A DNA stretch of 63,918 bases, counting the filler, from Hausera hauseri (Eukaryota): the NCBI GenBank assembly GCA_046269625.1. It is 12 parts of 12 records of this genome, joined end to end, with 100 filler letters (N's around TTAATTAATTAA, not from the genome) between each part and the next. Parts side by side here need not be neighbours in the genome. Positions count along the whole stretch, not along the records: positions 33,271 to 37,880 come from JBJURY010506352.1; positions 37,981 to 43,547 come from JBJURY010229739.1; positions 43,648 to 48,224 come from JBJURY010521236.1; positions 48,325 to 55,087 come from JBJURY010068217.1; 8 more parts are not named here. One strand, written 5' to 3'. Under the pieces are notes generated by a model, which was given only the letters and a program-made list of their open reading frames with translations, ran no database searches and was not told the origin of the DNA. This document shows positions 35,820-48,539 of the stretch, piece by piece (position 1 is the first letter of the stretch; the number at the start of each line of letters is the position of its first letter). Position numbers and translations under genes: made by a program.

Positions 35820-37385
35820 TATTGTGCCCACGGCGGCCGGAACCCTCTGACTCATTTTAGTTGGACACGGCCGGGCGTCCGCTGTCGCCGCGTCGGGCCC
35901 ATAGGCGGGCCCCTATCTCCCGCCTAGAAAATTTTACAAGAACTTCAACAATGCAACCAACAACGCCATCAATACCACCACCATCAGGATTGACATCAAT
36001 AGTGCCATCTGCAAGGCCTGAAGCCGCGCCTACAACATCATCTTCGTCTGTTACCTCCATGGCAATCACATATTAAAGATAGAAAATACTTCGTCAACGT
36101 CTAATTCCATCGCTCTTACTACGTCCACAACCACCAGTACGTCAAAAAATGCATTAAATATACAGGTTCCGTACTCACTACCGCTTGTTGCACAAAATCA
36201 GATATCTACAACGTCAAAAGTATCATTTATTGTATAAGTTTCGCCAGTAGCTTCTTCTTCATTGAATCAAAATCCTACCGAACAGGCAATTTTATCGAAC
36301 TCGCCCTCAGCTGTATATGACATTTCATCATCTCAACTTTCACCCATGTTGTCATCATCTCAACAGTTGTCATCAAGTGAATTGGATGTTACTTTAAATT
36401 CGATTACTCAATCAGACATCTCTTCTTTATCATTACAATCAAATCATCCGACTGTCTCGTCTCATCAGACTCAGGATTCTTCGGAATTAGTACTATCAAT
36501 TGAACTGCCAGTTTCTCTAAAGATTCCAACTCAAGAGTTTCTAGAACAATCACTACAACTAGATGCTCATCGGATCTCACCTCCGTTATCACCAATTGGT
36601 CCAATTCAAATCTCATCACAAGAATTTCCATTATCTCCACCATCCGATGAACTTCAGATACCTTCTGTTTCATCCGAATCGGATATGGACAGTTTTACAC
36701 CGAAAATGAAGCACCACGAACAGTCTATTTTTAATCGAACCTATAAGATTAAGAAGACCCTTCATGACAAAGTAATTCTGGCCGTAGATAAGAAGTTCGA
36801 AACTGAGAGTTTGGAGTCACCGAAAGAAGTTATGAACGATGTTTATACTTTTTCGGAGGCATCTAAATCTATGTTTGACAAAGTAGAAGACAGCGGTACT
36901 CAAGAGACAGAAGTCATTCAAACAAACGGTTTTGTATCCGTTGAAGGAACGAAATTGATTATCGAGGAATTATCTGAAAGTTTGGAAGACAATACGGTAT
37001 TAAAAATCATTAAACCAGCAAGACGGAATAGAAAAACACGCAAAGAAGATGCGGTTTCGACGGTATCAGTTTCAATTACCGAGTCCAGTCCAGCAAACAG
37101 AACGATATCTGCTGCATCATCCGAAATTGAATGACATTGTTTGGGCTAAAATCATCGGCTATCCTTTTTGGCCCGGGAAAATCGTATCTTTTACCGAAGA
37201 AGGCAGTTACTTCGTTGCGTGTATCAAGTGGTACGCTTGGTCGGAAATATCGTTTATTATAATTAACAATCTGTTCCATCTTGAAAACGAAAATGTAGTG
37301 CGAAATCCCAGGTAGCTGTAAAAATGGCGAAAATTGATTGTGGAATGCTTTCTGAAACTGCAAGTTTGGCGTTAGTGGAAAATAC
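35820..37385 (+). pseudogene. Ser/Thr-rich ORF ending in a PWWP domain, starting at a TGTRGTGCCCAC-like terminus
   Basis: Low-complexity frames 35861-37134, then LNDIVWAKIIGYPFWPGKIV...IKWY (PWWP, about 37125-37385) in a shifted frame. Confidence 0.75.
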
Positions 37386-38418
37386 CGAATTGAATAATTC
37401 CTTAAAAGTTAGTGACGCGGAAAGTTGCGCTACATTACCCCAATCAACGTTATGACATTTTTAAAATTTTGTATTCTACCTTCGATTCAATGTGTATTAT
37501 TTTCTAAAAAAATTTGTTTAAATATTACAAAAAAGAAACAAATTCAGCGACTTCAATTTGAATTTATTCCTGCCATTTTGATTTATGAATTTTGGTTTTG
37601 GATATCGCAATATTGGATTTATATTTTAGACTTTATATTTGTTTGAATTTCTATCTTTGATCATCTTAGTGCTTTATTGACGGATATTTATAACAACATT
37701 ACAGGCCCCACAGGTCTATATAAATCCATATAGACACATATACATAGAAAGTTATAGACAAGCCTAGTAATGTCTTTAAAGATCTATCCACTGGTAATTA
37801 TCGTTTCATTCCAATATGTAAAAAATAATGGTTCAATGAAAAACTGTTTGATATTTTCTCCATAAAGTTCGAACATATGGNNNNNNNNNNNNNNNNNNNN
37901 NNNNNNNNNNNNNNNNNNNNNNNNTTAATTAATTAANNNNNNNNNNNNNNNNNNNNNNNNNNNNNNNNNNNNNNNNNNNNAAGATTAAAAATATGCACAC
38001 GAATAGACTAGTGTCAAATTGTAGTCTATGAAATCAAAATCGCAATGAAATTACAAGTATTATGATCACGATTTAATTCAAATTGCAAACAGTCAACGAC
38101 ATGAAGACAGCTTAAGATCACTATGATCTCATTGTTATTCATTTTATTTACCACATTGTTATTTATTTGATTCAACACCTCCCACCTCAGATGGCGTTGT
38201 CCTCAACGCCAGGAGGTATATTTTTAAGGTGCCATTGGAATATTGATAGTTGGCTGAATGTATATTGAGCCAGGATCATTTGTCTTTAATTTTCTTTTTA
38301 AGTGTAATCGTTTCTTTCCTTTTAGGGTTTTTCTTCCTTGTTTTCGTTAAATCGATCGTAGTTCGTTCTATTGGGCTATCATTAAACGCTTCTGATATCG
38401 ATAAAGAAGGAACTTGAA

Positions 38419-39645
38419 TTATGATTTCATCAGTGAGATAGTTGGTATTTCTGATAGAGGTTCTTCTGTTATTATTGGGAATTCCTTAATACTATTATAA
38501 ATTTTCAACATGATTGCAGCCTTTTCGTTTGTTCGTTGTGGGTATTCACCATTGTTGTATTTTGTCAAGATTTGAATTTGAGTTAATTGATTCTGTGGGT
38601 TTATTTCTTTATGATAGAAGAGATCTCGAATTCCCAATATTGCATTAATATCGAATAAAGAGAAATGTTGATTATTCTCGTAGATATTCATTCCTACGAT
38701 CATCTTTCCAATTAATTGTCGTCTAATTGTTGATTCAGCCTCATGTTGGTCAAGCTGACCGATTATATCTGTTTCCTTTAGATCTGTGGTCCGGCAATTA
38801 TAATTATCAATACGATTTCGGGAACAAATAATCTGATTATATATCATTTTTCCATCTAGATTTATGATAGTTATTTCAACAGGTGTTTGTTCCTTTGAAC
38901 GTATAGGTTTCATAAGATAGGCACCATTTATTGCCATAATGATGTTTTCTTCTTTGGGTATTAGTAATGATCTTGAGAATGACGTGCCTTGTTCTATTTG
39001 CAATCCGTCTAGCATTTTAATAGGATAATTGGTAGATTTTGGATACTCGAGATGAGGAATTGTTTCTCTGCGGGTCAATTCTATATAAATTACGGGAGGA
39101 GGTTTTCCATGTGATCGTAGAATTATTGTAACATTTTTGTAGAAGTATTGATCTAATCGAATTGTTGTAAAGGGAACGAGTTCTAACGTATCGGTCATTC
39201 TCTTTGAATGAGTTCGGCTTTTCATTTGAATAGTTTCTTTAACTGTTGATATATATACTGATGTAGTTCTTTGAGAGGGATCGATGATATCAGATAATCG
39301 TGTAGAGGCAGCTGGCAGCTGAATAATGAGGCCGCTTCGTTGAGTAATCAAATGGCCTTTTAAATTGTTTGGGATAAAAGAACACTTTCCATAGTAAATA
39401 TAATCTTTCTGAGTAGTTGCATTGAGGTTGGTGATGATATTGAAATAGAATGATTTTGGTCTGTCAGTTAATTCGGATCCTTCTTGAACTGAAAAGAGAT
39501 ACATTAACATAAGATATGGAAGTGTTTTAAGAATAATATTTTGGCGGGTTGCAAGGGATATTGCAGCCCAATTTTTAGAGAGAATATTGTAGGTCGCGAG
39601 GAACTTTGCGGCCTTATTTTCTATGTGTGCACATAAATAGGGCAA
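38419..39645 (-). CDS. Retroelement ORF with C-terminal DEDDh (REX4/ISG20-like) exonuclease fold, catalytic acids mostly substituted
   Basis: MAINGAY...EITIINLDGKMIYNQII...IDNYNCRTTDLKETDI...LIGKMIVGMNI...GIRDL (about 38945-38490) parallels ALDCE..RVSIVNxxGxxxYDxxV..VTDYRTxxSGI..LxGRILVGHxL..IRDT. Confidence 0.7.
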   Translation of the reverse strand: MPYLCAHIENKAAKFLATYNILSKNWAAISLATRQNIILKTLPYLMLMYLFSVQEGSELTDRPKSFYFNIITNLNATTQKDYIYYGKCSFIPNNLKGHLITQRSGLIIQLPAASTRLSDIIDPSQRTTSVYISTVKETIQMKSRTHSKRMTDTLELVPFTTIRLDQYFYKNVTIILRSHGKPPPVIYIELTRRETIPHLEYPKSTNYPIKMLDGLQIEQGTSFSRSLLIPKEENIIMAINGAYLMKPIRSKEQTPVEITIINLDGKMIYNQIICSRNRIDNYNCRTTDLKETDIIGQLDQHEAESTIRRQLIGKMIVGMNIYENNQHFSLFDINAILGIRDLFYHKEINPQNQLTQIQILTKYNNGEYPQRTNEKAAIMLKIYNSIKEFPIITEEPLSEIPTISLMKS

Positions 39646-40935
39646 CGTTTGTTAACGGTTGTAATTGCCGTTTTGAATTTGATGGCTTTTCAGCCTGGGA
39701 AGGCGCATCTGTATCATTCATAGAATCGTCGTTTTGGGAACCCTCCCTTAATAATTTTAATTGTTGTATCATTTTTCGGGTCTTACGCATCCTACGTCTT
39801 ATTTTAGAGCAGTAGATTATTAAAGGTAAGAATATAACTATCAATACTAAGAATGTGCATAATGCAATCAACGTCCATAAATATGTGTTTGGATTATTTC
39901 CATGACTTTGAGTCGTCATTATTGGCGGAATTTTTGTGGTTGTCATTATGCCTTGATTCGAGGTTTTCTCTACGCGATAGATTATTTGTAGTTTCTGTCC
40001 TTCTTCGTCTAATTCAGTTATAATTACTTTATAGTTTGTTTTAGGTTTCAAAAACATGCAAGCTGACGTGGTTTCCTCAGGTGTTATTACGCCTTCGCTA
40101 ACTATTCTATTATGCAGAAGACATTCGAATTTTATATTTGTGTTTTTCAAGTCTGGTACAGTAATTATTCGAATGTGCTGTTGAATGTATATTTACTTCG
40201 AGGTTCTTTACAATTTTAGACTGAATTTCGATTGGTGAACTAGTAGTTATTATATTTTGTGTTGATTGAGAGGTAGATGATGTTATTCTTGTTGAAACCG
40301 TCGTTGTTGTTGTTAGTTGAAAGCTTTCTATTACTTCTGGTCCATCTGACCATCCTGACCATGTACGACCATTGGTTGTTGTTCGGTAGTGTATATGATA
40401 TAATTTATTGAACGGAAAAGGACAACAAAGATATGGTTTTTTGTAATCTATTATACATTTTATGATAGCAGTTTCATTTTGCATCTCATTCTACAGAATA
40501 ATACCTGGTTATCGGGACTTCTGTTTCGGCTGTGGCGCAAGGCCCATTTTTCATTATCTTAATATAAAATGAGACAAGAAAATATGGCTGGCGGAAGTAA
40601 TAAATCGTGCCAGGGTATGAAAAATAAGTTCTGTGTCTGACCTTTATGTCCAATTGCGTATTGAATTCTATAGTATACTTCAAACTTAAGGCCACAACAA
40701 ATGTGCGTTGAGTGACCGTAATATAAATCACAATACTCTGGTGTTGCTTTATACACTGAGGTTATTCTTGATATAAATGTGTATATATTCAGCGTACGTT
40801 AAGTGTCAATTGGCTGTAATCTTTACACATGGGTATCGTCCAACCTGGACGGCTTTATAATATACGGTAAGATCCTCTTGAGTTGATACACAAGTTACTA
40901 GGCTTAACATTAATGTTGCTATCAATAATAGATTG
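39614..40935 (-). pseudogene. Retroelement-encoded type I membrane protein with FN3-like repeats and WSGWS motif
   Basis: Signal LLLIATLMLSLVTCVSTQ in frame after the integrase end. Repeats ICCGLKFEVYYRIQY / LCCPFPFNKLYHIHYR...WSGWS (40347-40361) / ACMFLKPKTNYKVII. Then a Thr/Ser stalk, TM LWTLIALCTFLVLIVIFLPLIIY and KIRRRMRK. Confidence 0.7.
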
Positions 40936-43900
40936 GGATTTTCATTTCTTATCTTCGATTCTACCGGTGCAGGTTTGCATCTATTTGCATGGACTTTTAT
41001 TGGGTCCGTTTTATTTCTTCTATTTTTGTTTAAATATGTTTGTTTCATCTACTTTCTGAATCATATATGGGCCTTTATATGGTCTATCCAGTTTTGGCGT
41101 TCTTCCTTTCTTGCTCAAGGGCGTATGCAGCATAACTTTATCTCCTGGTTTGAAACTGAGATTTTGCTTTCTCATCGTATCTATTTTTGTATTCCTTTTG
41201 ACATATTTTTGTGTTTCGTGAGGCTAAGTTCCATACGTATCCGAGTTTTTCCTCTAATGGCTCTTTATACTCCATGTCCAAATGAGACGTGAGTATTTTG
41301 AAATCTATATCAATTGGCATATGGATATCCCTAAGGTACATTAAATAGAATGGAGTTTCTTTTGTGGCAGGATGTATTGTATTCCTTATAGCAAATAAGC
41401 AGGGTTTAATGTATTCATCCCTATCACCTGTTGTTCATTGACCATTGTTGATGGCATATTGGTCAAGATACTGTTAAATCTTTTTACAGTCCCATTAGTT
41501 TGTGGGTGATACGGAGTAGTTTTCAACTGTAATATTTTTGAGATTTCTGTCATTACTTCTGTGAAATTTGGAGCTTGATCCGTTAATAATTTAGAGGGTG
41601 CTCCATAATTAAACACTTTCTTCGACAAATGCCTGGGCCATCGTTTGAGCCTTTTGATCCGGTATTGGGACCACTACTGGCCATCTGGAGAATAAGTCTA
41701 CAAATACTAATATATTTATTCCCATTTATTGTCATAGGCAATGGTCCTAGAATGTCCATTGCTGAGAATTCCATAGGCGCAGTTGGATATTCCAGTGGTT
41801 TAAGAGGGACCTTGATTCTTGTTCCCGTATTTTTCCTTGTAGCACATATAGGACAACTTTTGCACTATTCTTCTACGTCCTTAGACATATTGTACCAATA
41901 GTATTTTCTTTTGAGTCTGCCTAGAGTTCGTTTCTTTGATTGATGTCCACCCAACATACCATCATGGTACTGGGTTAAGAGTAATTTTATCTTCTTGGGG
42001 GACAACGATAACTAACTTCCCCTTATAGTTATAGTACAGTATGCCATCTTTTGTTTGATAGTTTTCAGCAAATTTTACTAGATGAGTATGAAGATCAGTA
42101 TCTTTTGGTAGTTTTCTTATGGAGATATTCTTTAATCTGTTTTATTTGCTCATCATGTTGTTTTTCTTGTAAGGATTTTTCTTGTTCTGTGATACTCCAA
42201 ATAGCTTCTATAACATCTGGTTTAAGTACTATCTCTTCATGTTGATCCAAATCTTCGGGTATTCTTGACATAATCGGCATTTGCATTAGCGTTACCAATT
42301 TTATACTCGAACTTTAAGTCATAGGGTTGTAATAACGTAGCCCATTTCATTAGACTACTATTCGGATTTTTATGATTTTTCAACCATAACTTTGTTATAA
42401 GATAATAAAAACACTCACATTAATTACACGGTTTCATCATAATACGTCTAAAACAATGTCGTCAATGTGTGAATAAGTCCAATATTTATACCTCTTTAAG
42501 AGTATATAATTTCAAAGAAGAATTAAAAACAAAATTCCATTATTTAAGAAAATCGAAAACAAAATTCCAAAATGTGAAAAGAAAATTAAAAATGTGCATA
42601 CGACTAGACTAAATAGTGTTAAATCACAATAAAATTACACAATTTAATTCGTTGCAACACAGAATACGATCACTATGATCACAGTGTTATTCATTTGATT
42701 CAACATTTAAATTTAGAAAAAAAATGTGTATAATTATGTACATTTTGAATCAAAGGAAGGTTTTCCAATTTTGACAATTTGTTCAGTCCACGGAAATTTA
42801 CGGTGGGAAAGATTTGGTTGAAATAAATTTAAATTTACGTGCGAAAAAGATTTGCTTTTATTAGGCAGCTTAGTGTACCTACTTATTGACTCGCTGTGTT
42901 GGAGAAAATCGAATTATGTGGGCTTTATTCTCTACTGTTTAATATCCTATAGATTAGTTGGTTATTTCAGACGTCGTCAGATCGTTTACCTGTACGACTG
43001 CAATTACTTTTCACGCTTAAATGAATTATTGAAAATTATTTCTTCGATATAACTGTTGGATATAGGGGTTTTATTTTTACCCTAATTCATATCCGCATAA
43101 ATGTACAATGGGTCTTTGTTATCAATTACAAAATGTTTGTTACGCCTCAGTTTTCCGATCTTCTCATAACCTGGATTCGTGAGTTTTATCAGACCCTATT
43201 AATGTATGTTATTCTCCTTCCACTGGATAAAAATTATCGGGGCACTTGTTTATATTACAACATGAAACCATNNNNNNNNNNTTATTATCTATGATTATCT
43301 AATCGGCTTCTGTCGATAAAAACTGGAATTTGATTATCTTTATTGTCTAACGTCATCCTTCTTTTAATTATTCGAAGCAAGCACTAAACTCTTCTATTTA
43401 ATTCTATGTATTTCTATTATTTCACTTACAAATCCTGTTCAATTACATTTTACTATCATTATTAAATCATTATTTCTAATTTCTTTTAATAAACATCATC
43501 GTCTTTTGTTGCATTATATTATCTATAACAGAAAATCATCCCTAATTNNNNNNNNNNNNNNNNNNNNNNNNNNNNNNNNNNNNNNNNNNNNTTAATTAAT
43601 TAANNNNNNNNNNNNNNNNNNNNNNNNNNNNNNNNNNNNNNNNNNNNAGGTTTTATATTCTGGAAGGTTTTTAACCTTGGGTTTCTCTATATTCCGAGGT
43701 TCTCTCAGGTAATACAATATTCTAGGGTCATCCACAGGCTGTCAATAACACATTTTCGGTAGTAATCCATAACGTTTAGTTCCTTCAGGGGTCTTCTAAG
43801 GTAATTTTCCATTTATAGATTTCTGTCTGATATGAGCTCATTGATCGTTTGTCACAGTCTTCATAAACTGGAGCAGTAGGGGATAGCATAGGCAATGGTG

Positions 43901-44015
43901 CGTTAATGACGGAATACGTTTTATGTCTGTGTGTTCTTGAAAGTACTTCTCCTCCCTTAGGCTCATCGTCATCTGAAATATTTCTTCGCATATTAGGTTT
44001 TGCGAATTTCCGCTT

Positions 44016-45930
44016 TTACAAGAACATAGGTCTTCCTTTTCGTTTACCATTATGGTAACCGACATGATTTTCTAAGTCCGATTTCCATCTTTTCTCTTCG
44101 TATGCTTTCAAAAACTTCCCAAAAGGCGTTACGATTGCAGTCAGTATTTTACATGAAAAACCGGTCAATGTAAATATTTTATACCCATTTATTACTGCTT
44201 GTATGACGGCCTTAATCATTTGTATTTGGAAATATATCGCTAAAAATCCAGATGCGGCTTGCCCAAAAACGAAAAATCTTCCACAAATTTCGTAGAGTAT
44301 TTCTGTGATTACTCGCTGGTAATGGTTTACTCTAAACAGTGATTCCCATTTAGCTTGATATCGACTATCATCTACTACGGAGGCAATGGCTCGATTTAAT
44401 TCGTGTGTCTGCTGTTGCGGAAAAGCGTGAAATTGTCTAAAGGCATCAATTCCTTAGGCCTATATATGCCCTTTGACGAAGTGTCTTAAAACTTGTCGTC
44501 GGTAATTCCTTTTGCTAGACTTGTTCCTGTTAATTTGTTTGGAGCGGCAGTAATACCTCCGTTAGGTAAACTTACCTATCTGTTTCGCTACTTCTAAACA
44601 TTGGTTCTCCTAAACTTGCTTTGCAATCTTTAAGGATTGTTGGTTCAGTTGCATTGTCGAATAACACTCTAGTAAGCGGCGTGGCTAATCTTGGAATATT
44701 CTGGTAGATAACGGGGAGTTCCTGTATGCAACGTTTTTCTTCAACGTTGATTGGTACTTCTCTTTTGTCACATTCATAAGTCAATAGGACTTCACCTGTA
44801 ACTCGATCGAAAATTCCTTCTCTCATAGGAATTATTGGAGAGGTTAACTTGGGTTAGCGCAGATAAGGGCCAGTTTTGTCCTCATGATATCCATATCCAA
44901 TTTACAATCATTCATTATCATTTTGTGATATAATTCGGTTATTCCAACTTGTCCCTTGTAATAAAAGTAATCGTCGCGGTTTTTCAGGAAATCCTCAATT
45001 TGAATGTCCCGTGTCTCTAGCTTGTAAGTTTTTGCATTTATTTCCGTTTCTGCGACAAAAAATGCTTCATAATTAGTGGCAAACATCATCACTTCGCAAC
45101 GAAAGATCATTTCCTTTTTAATAATTTTTAATCCATGTTAATCGTAAATCAATATAGTGGGTTTAGAGTATTTTGCTAGATCCTCGCATGTCCTTGAGTT
45201 GGTGTTGGATTTATCCACATATCGCTTTCCGGTAGTTTCGTTAAATTTCAATTCCTTAATTTTGATAAAGTTACAGTTTCAACCAGGAAGAGGCTTTATA
45301 TTATAACAAAACTTCTAAAAGCACACATCCCGTCTTGTAAATGACACTTCTGATTTTCTGTATATAGCTTGGTGACGCTGTGGAACATAACTTTCTGTAC
45401 TCGCATCTCCAATTCATAGAAATCTACGACCACTACGTTTGCTTCTAATCCTTTTCCAGTGTCATACTCTGCTCTGTTACAATGTCCATTATGCAAGTCT
45501 AGTCTTCCAACCACTATTTTATATGCTCTAATTATCTTTCCTGGTTACATCTATAGTTCTATACTATCCTATTTTCATCTTCCGGTTTTCTTGGCCTGCT
45601 TACAATGCTGGCGTTCCAAATTCATTGGGATTGGCGGAGTTGTTGCATTGATTATTGAAGAATGTCCGTGCATTAATCCACAGTGAAAAATACTACAAGA
45701 TCGTCTCAACATACATTCCATTCCGTCCAACGATATTAATTCTTGCTGTTGATATAGGAAGTAACTTTTCTCCCTTGTTTCCAGTTTATATGGTCTGGCG
45801 TCCTCACATACTTCTAACTCCATCAGGGAATATTTCTGTCCTAGTTTAAACTTATCGCAGTCATAGACGGTAACAGCACCTATTTGCGTTATTATCATCA
45901 TCAAGGTGAGTAGGCTGATTAACCAGTTGG
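44016..45930 (-). pseudogene. Chuvirus-type (gB-related class III) envelope glycoprotein, frameshifted
   Basis: Signal WLISLLTLMMII, VYDC..YSLMELEVC, IFHCGLMHGHSS, CHLQDGMC, LYHKMIMNDCKLD..LALICANP, TGEVLLTYEC..CIQELPV..PLTRVL, GIY, FGQAASGFLAIY..IKAVIQAVINGYKIFTLTGFS, all in the order seen in chuviral G. Confidence 0.88.
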
Positions 45931-48224
45931 ATTCCTTTTTCCGATTTCTATTATCCGTCGTTGTCAAATTACATAACATATTTTTGAGTCTATTACTATT
46001 ACCGAAGAGTTTCTCTTCTTCCTTATCAAATAATCTTGACCAATTTACTTCGCAGGGTAGCTTTCTCGCCGCTCTTCGTGCTAAGCTTCTAGCTCTATTA
46101 AGTTCATTTTCTCGATTAGGGTTTATTTTGATAGCTAAGTACAGCAATATTTCTCTTAACTCTTCATTATTTTCCACCATGAACTTTTCGATTACCGATT
46201 CATCGGTTAAGGTACTTTTTAAAAATTTAAAACGTGAACTTTTCGTCATTCTAACTGCATTAAAAATCGCCCTTTCTTTATCGTCTAATGTGTCGCCTCG
46301 AAGGCTTGAATAATTAACAATTCGTATTAAATTCCTCATTAATTCGCTTAATTCTTCATTGTCTATGCTGAAGGTAGGAATCGACATCTGTCTCAATTCT
46401 CTAATCAATTTTCCATTATAGTCAGCTTCTTCTCGTGTCTTCTTAAGTCTGCCGACTTGGCGTTTCTGTCTTGGGACATTGGTTATCGTTTCACTTAGTG
46501 GCACTAAATTCTTGTCGTATTGTTCCTTGTCCTCATCCGTTTATAAATATTCAAAATACATTGCAGCGTCTCGGACTCCCATGATTTGTCCTACGCATTG
46601 TTCTGTCTTAGCCTTACGCGTGGCTTCTTCTTTAGTCTGTTCATTGACTACTATCACTACTATTCGATTTGTTTTGTCGGGAATAATTCCGACATCTATT
46701 ATCTGTTCTAAATCGTCTATTATTCTACCTCTAAAATAGAATCTATAGTTTAGCTCCTTTGTTCCACCATTATTTATTAACCATTCTTACGTTCCTTACA
46801 TAGGAATACGTAGTTAACTCACATTCTTTTTTATCCATCCACTCGGATGATACCCTTACTTTCATCGTTACCTCAAGATTTTAGCGTATTTCCTTATCAA
46901 AAGTTTCGGCACTGCTCCATGAACTGTGTTCTCATTAGATAATTTAGACAAAGTCGGAATAAGTTGTCTTAACTTACTTTCAGCAATGTTTACGTTAATT
47001 GTCTCACTTAAATCTTTTTCAGTCAGCGCTAAATCCAGGAACATCTCCACATTGAATCTCATGTTCTGCAGACACGATTTTATTTCATTTAGCTGCACCA
47101 GAGTCACGGGATTTTGGCCGTTATAGCATCGAAGTACGCATCCCATTCCGGTTCATTTCCAATGTCTGGAAGTCCATAGTCTACTAGTGTGTCCTTTGTA
47201 CATTATCTTGAATTTCTTTCAATCTCGGTTGTATTTCTTTCATCTGCGTAGTTCGGAAACCTATTCCGTTTCAACAGGCACACTAAATCATTTTCAGTAG
47301 TTCGCCTAATTCATTAAAATGGATGAATCCCTGTTGGCGATAATCATTTTGTTTAATAATGACATCTCTTTGCCATCTCTATACAAATTCACGCTTATTT
47401 TTGATTTCTGACTCGGTAAAAGCATATTTGTTCCTATAGATTTCGAGCTCTTTTATTAGTTCATCTAACCTTGTTGCTCTCTGTTTAGTTCTAATACATG
47501 TTTCTTCAACCTGTTTTATTTAATGCATCAATTGTCTCATCTTCTCATCACTAATTTCTGCCATTTCTACTAAGAGAAAGGCTAACTCGTACATCTCATT
47601 AATGATTTTTGAGTCGGGATCAATCGCATCGAGCAATTTCTTTATGAACTTAGCTTCTTCAAAATTAAGATGTTAGTCGTTTCTTATTTTTGTCAACTCG
47701 GTATGGCAATTCTGATATGTTTCGGTCATACATTCTTGTAGTTTATGCATGAATTTCATTGCTTCCTCTAAAGCTGTTCTATGTTCTGGACAAATATATA
47801 AGGTTTCGATATCCTGGATTGAAATTTCGTCAGTAGGTTTAGTGGTTAAATGCTGGACTCATTCTAGGCGGACATTTCTTAATCTTGAATAAAAATTACA
47901 AATCATATTCCGCTTTTCCGTAAAGTTTGTTTCTTCGATTATTTTACATATCTCTTCCAATATCATCACTTCTTGCTTCTTGTTTATAAAATTTAATTGT
48001 CGTAATACTTCAAATTGAGTCCGGTTATCTATTTCCGCCTTTATTGTATCTAAGTTACGTGCACTTTCTTCTAATTGTTTTTTATAGAAAACTCGAATTC
48101 TGGAAATTCGTTCCTACGGTCTTCCATTAATTTACTTAGTCTCACTACTAATTCGGACCATTCCCGTAGTTGATTAGCTATTATCGGCTTTGCTAATATA
48201 GCCTTGTCTAGCATCTTATACGCA
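45931..48224 (-). pseudogene. Decayed helical, charged ORF running in frame into the glycoprotein
   Basis: ORF 45575-46504 spans the junction without a stop; further fragments at 46868-47146 and upstream. Confidence 0.5.
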
Positions 48225-48539
48225 NNNNNNNNNNNNNNNNNNNNNNNNNNNNNNNNNNNNNNNNNNNNTTAATTAATTAANNNNNNNNNNNNNNNNNNNN
48301 NNNNNNNNNNNNNNNNNNNNNNNNTCGTCATTTGTAGCGAATAAGTTTTGCACTTCATTCAATCACTGTGAATTTCTTCTCCTTTCAACTGTATCAATAC
48401 TAAAGCAGCAGTCATTTGCCTTTTGAAATTACACAATATTTTTGAGTCAATTGCCTCGGGCATTTTACACTCATCTGATTTACACACCTATATTTATATC
48501 CGACAATCAAAATTAAAACAAAAAATATTAGTACTAATT

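Larger units (their letters stand above)
37981..42705 (-). mobile_element. Gypsy element: LTR-[no gag/PR/RT]-RNase H end-integrase-extra ORFs-PPT-LTR
   Basis: LTR 42393-42705 (TGTTGAATC...TATAACA on minus). 3' LTR begins TGTTGAATC at 38177 after PPT GAGGTGGGAGG. Integrase motifs HDGMLGGH, AMDILGPLP, LTDQAPNF, YHPQTNG, YKGPY, VHANRCKP. Confidence 0.9.

Noticed and set aside
40347-40361. WSGWS as a thrombospondin type 1 repeat
   Set aside because: It lacks the following CSxxCG and is preceded by an FN3-like Y-x-I-x-Y-R strand.
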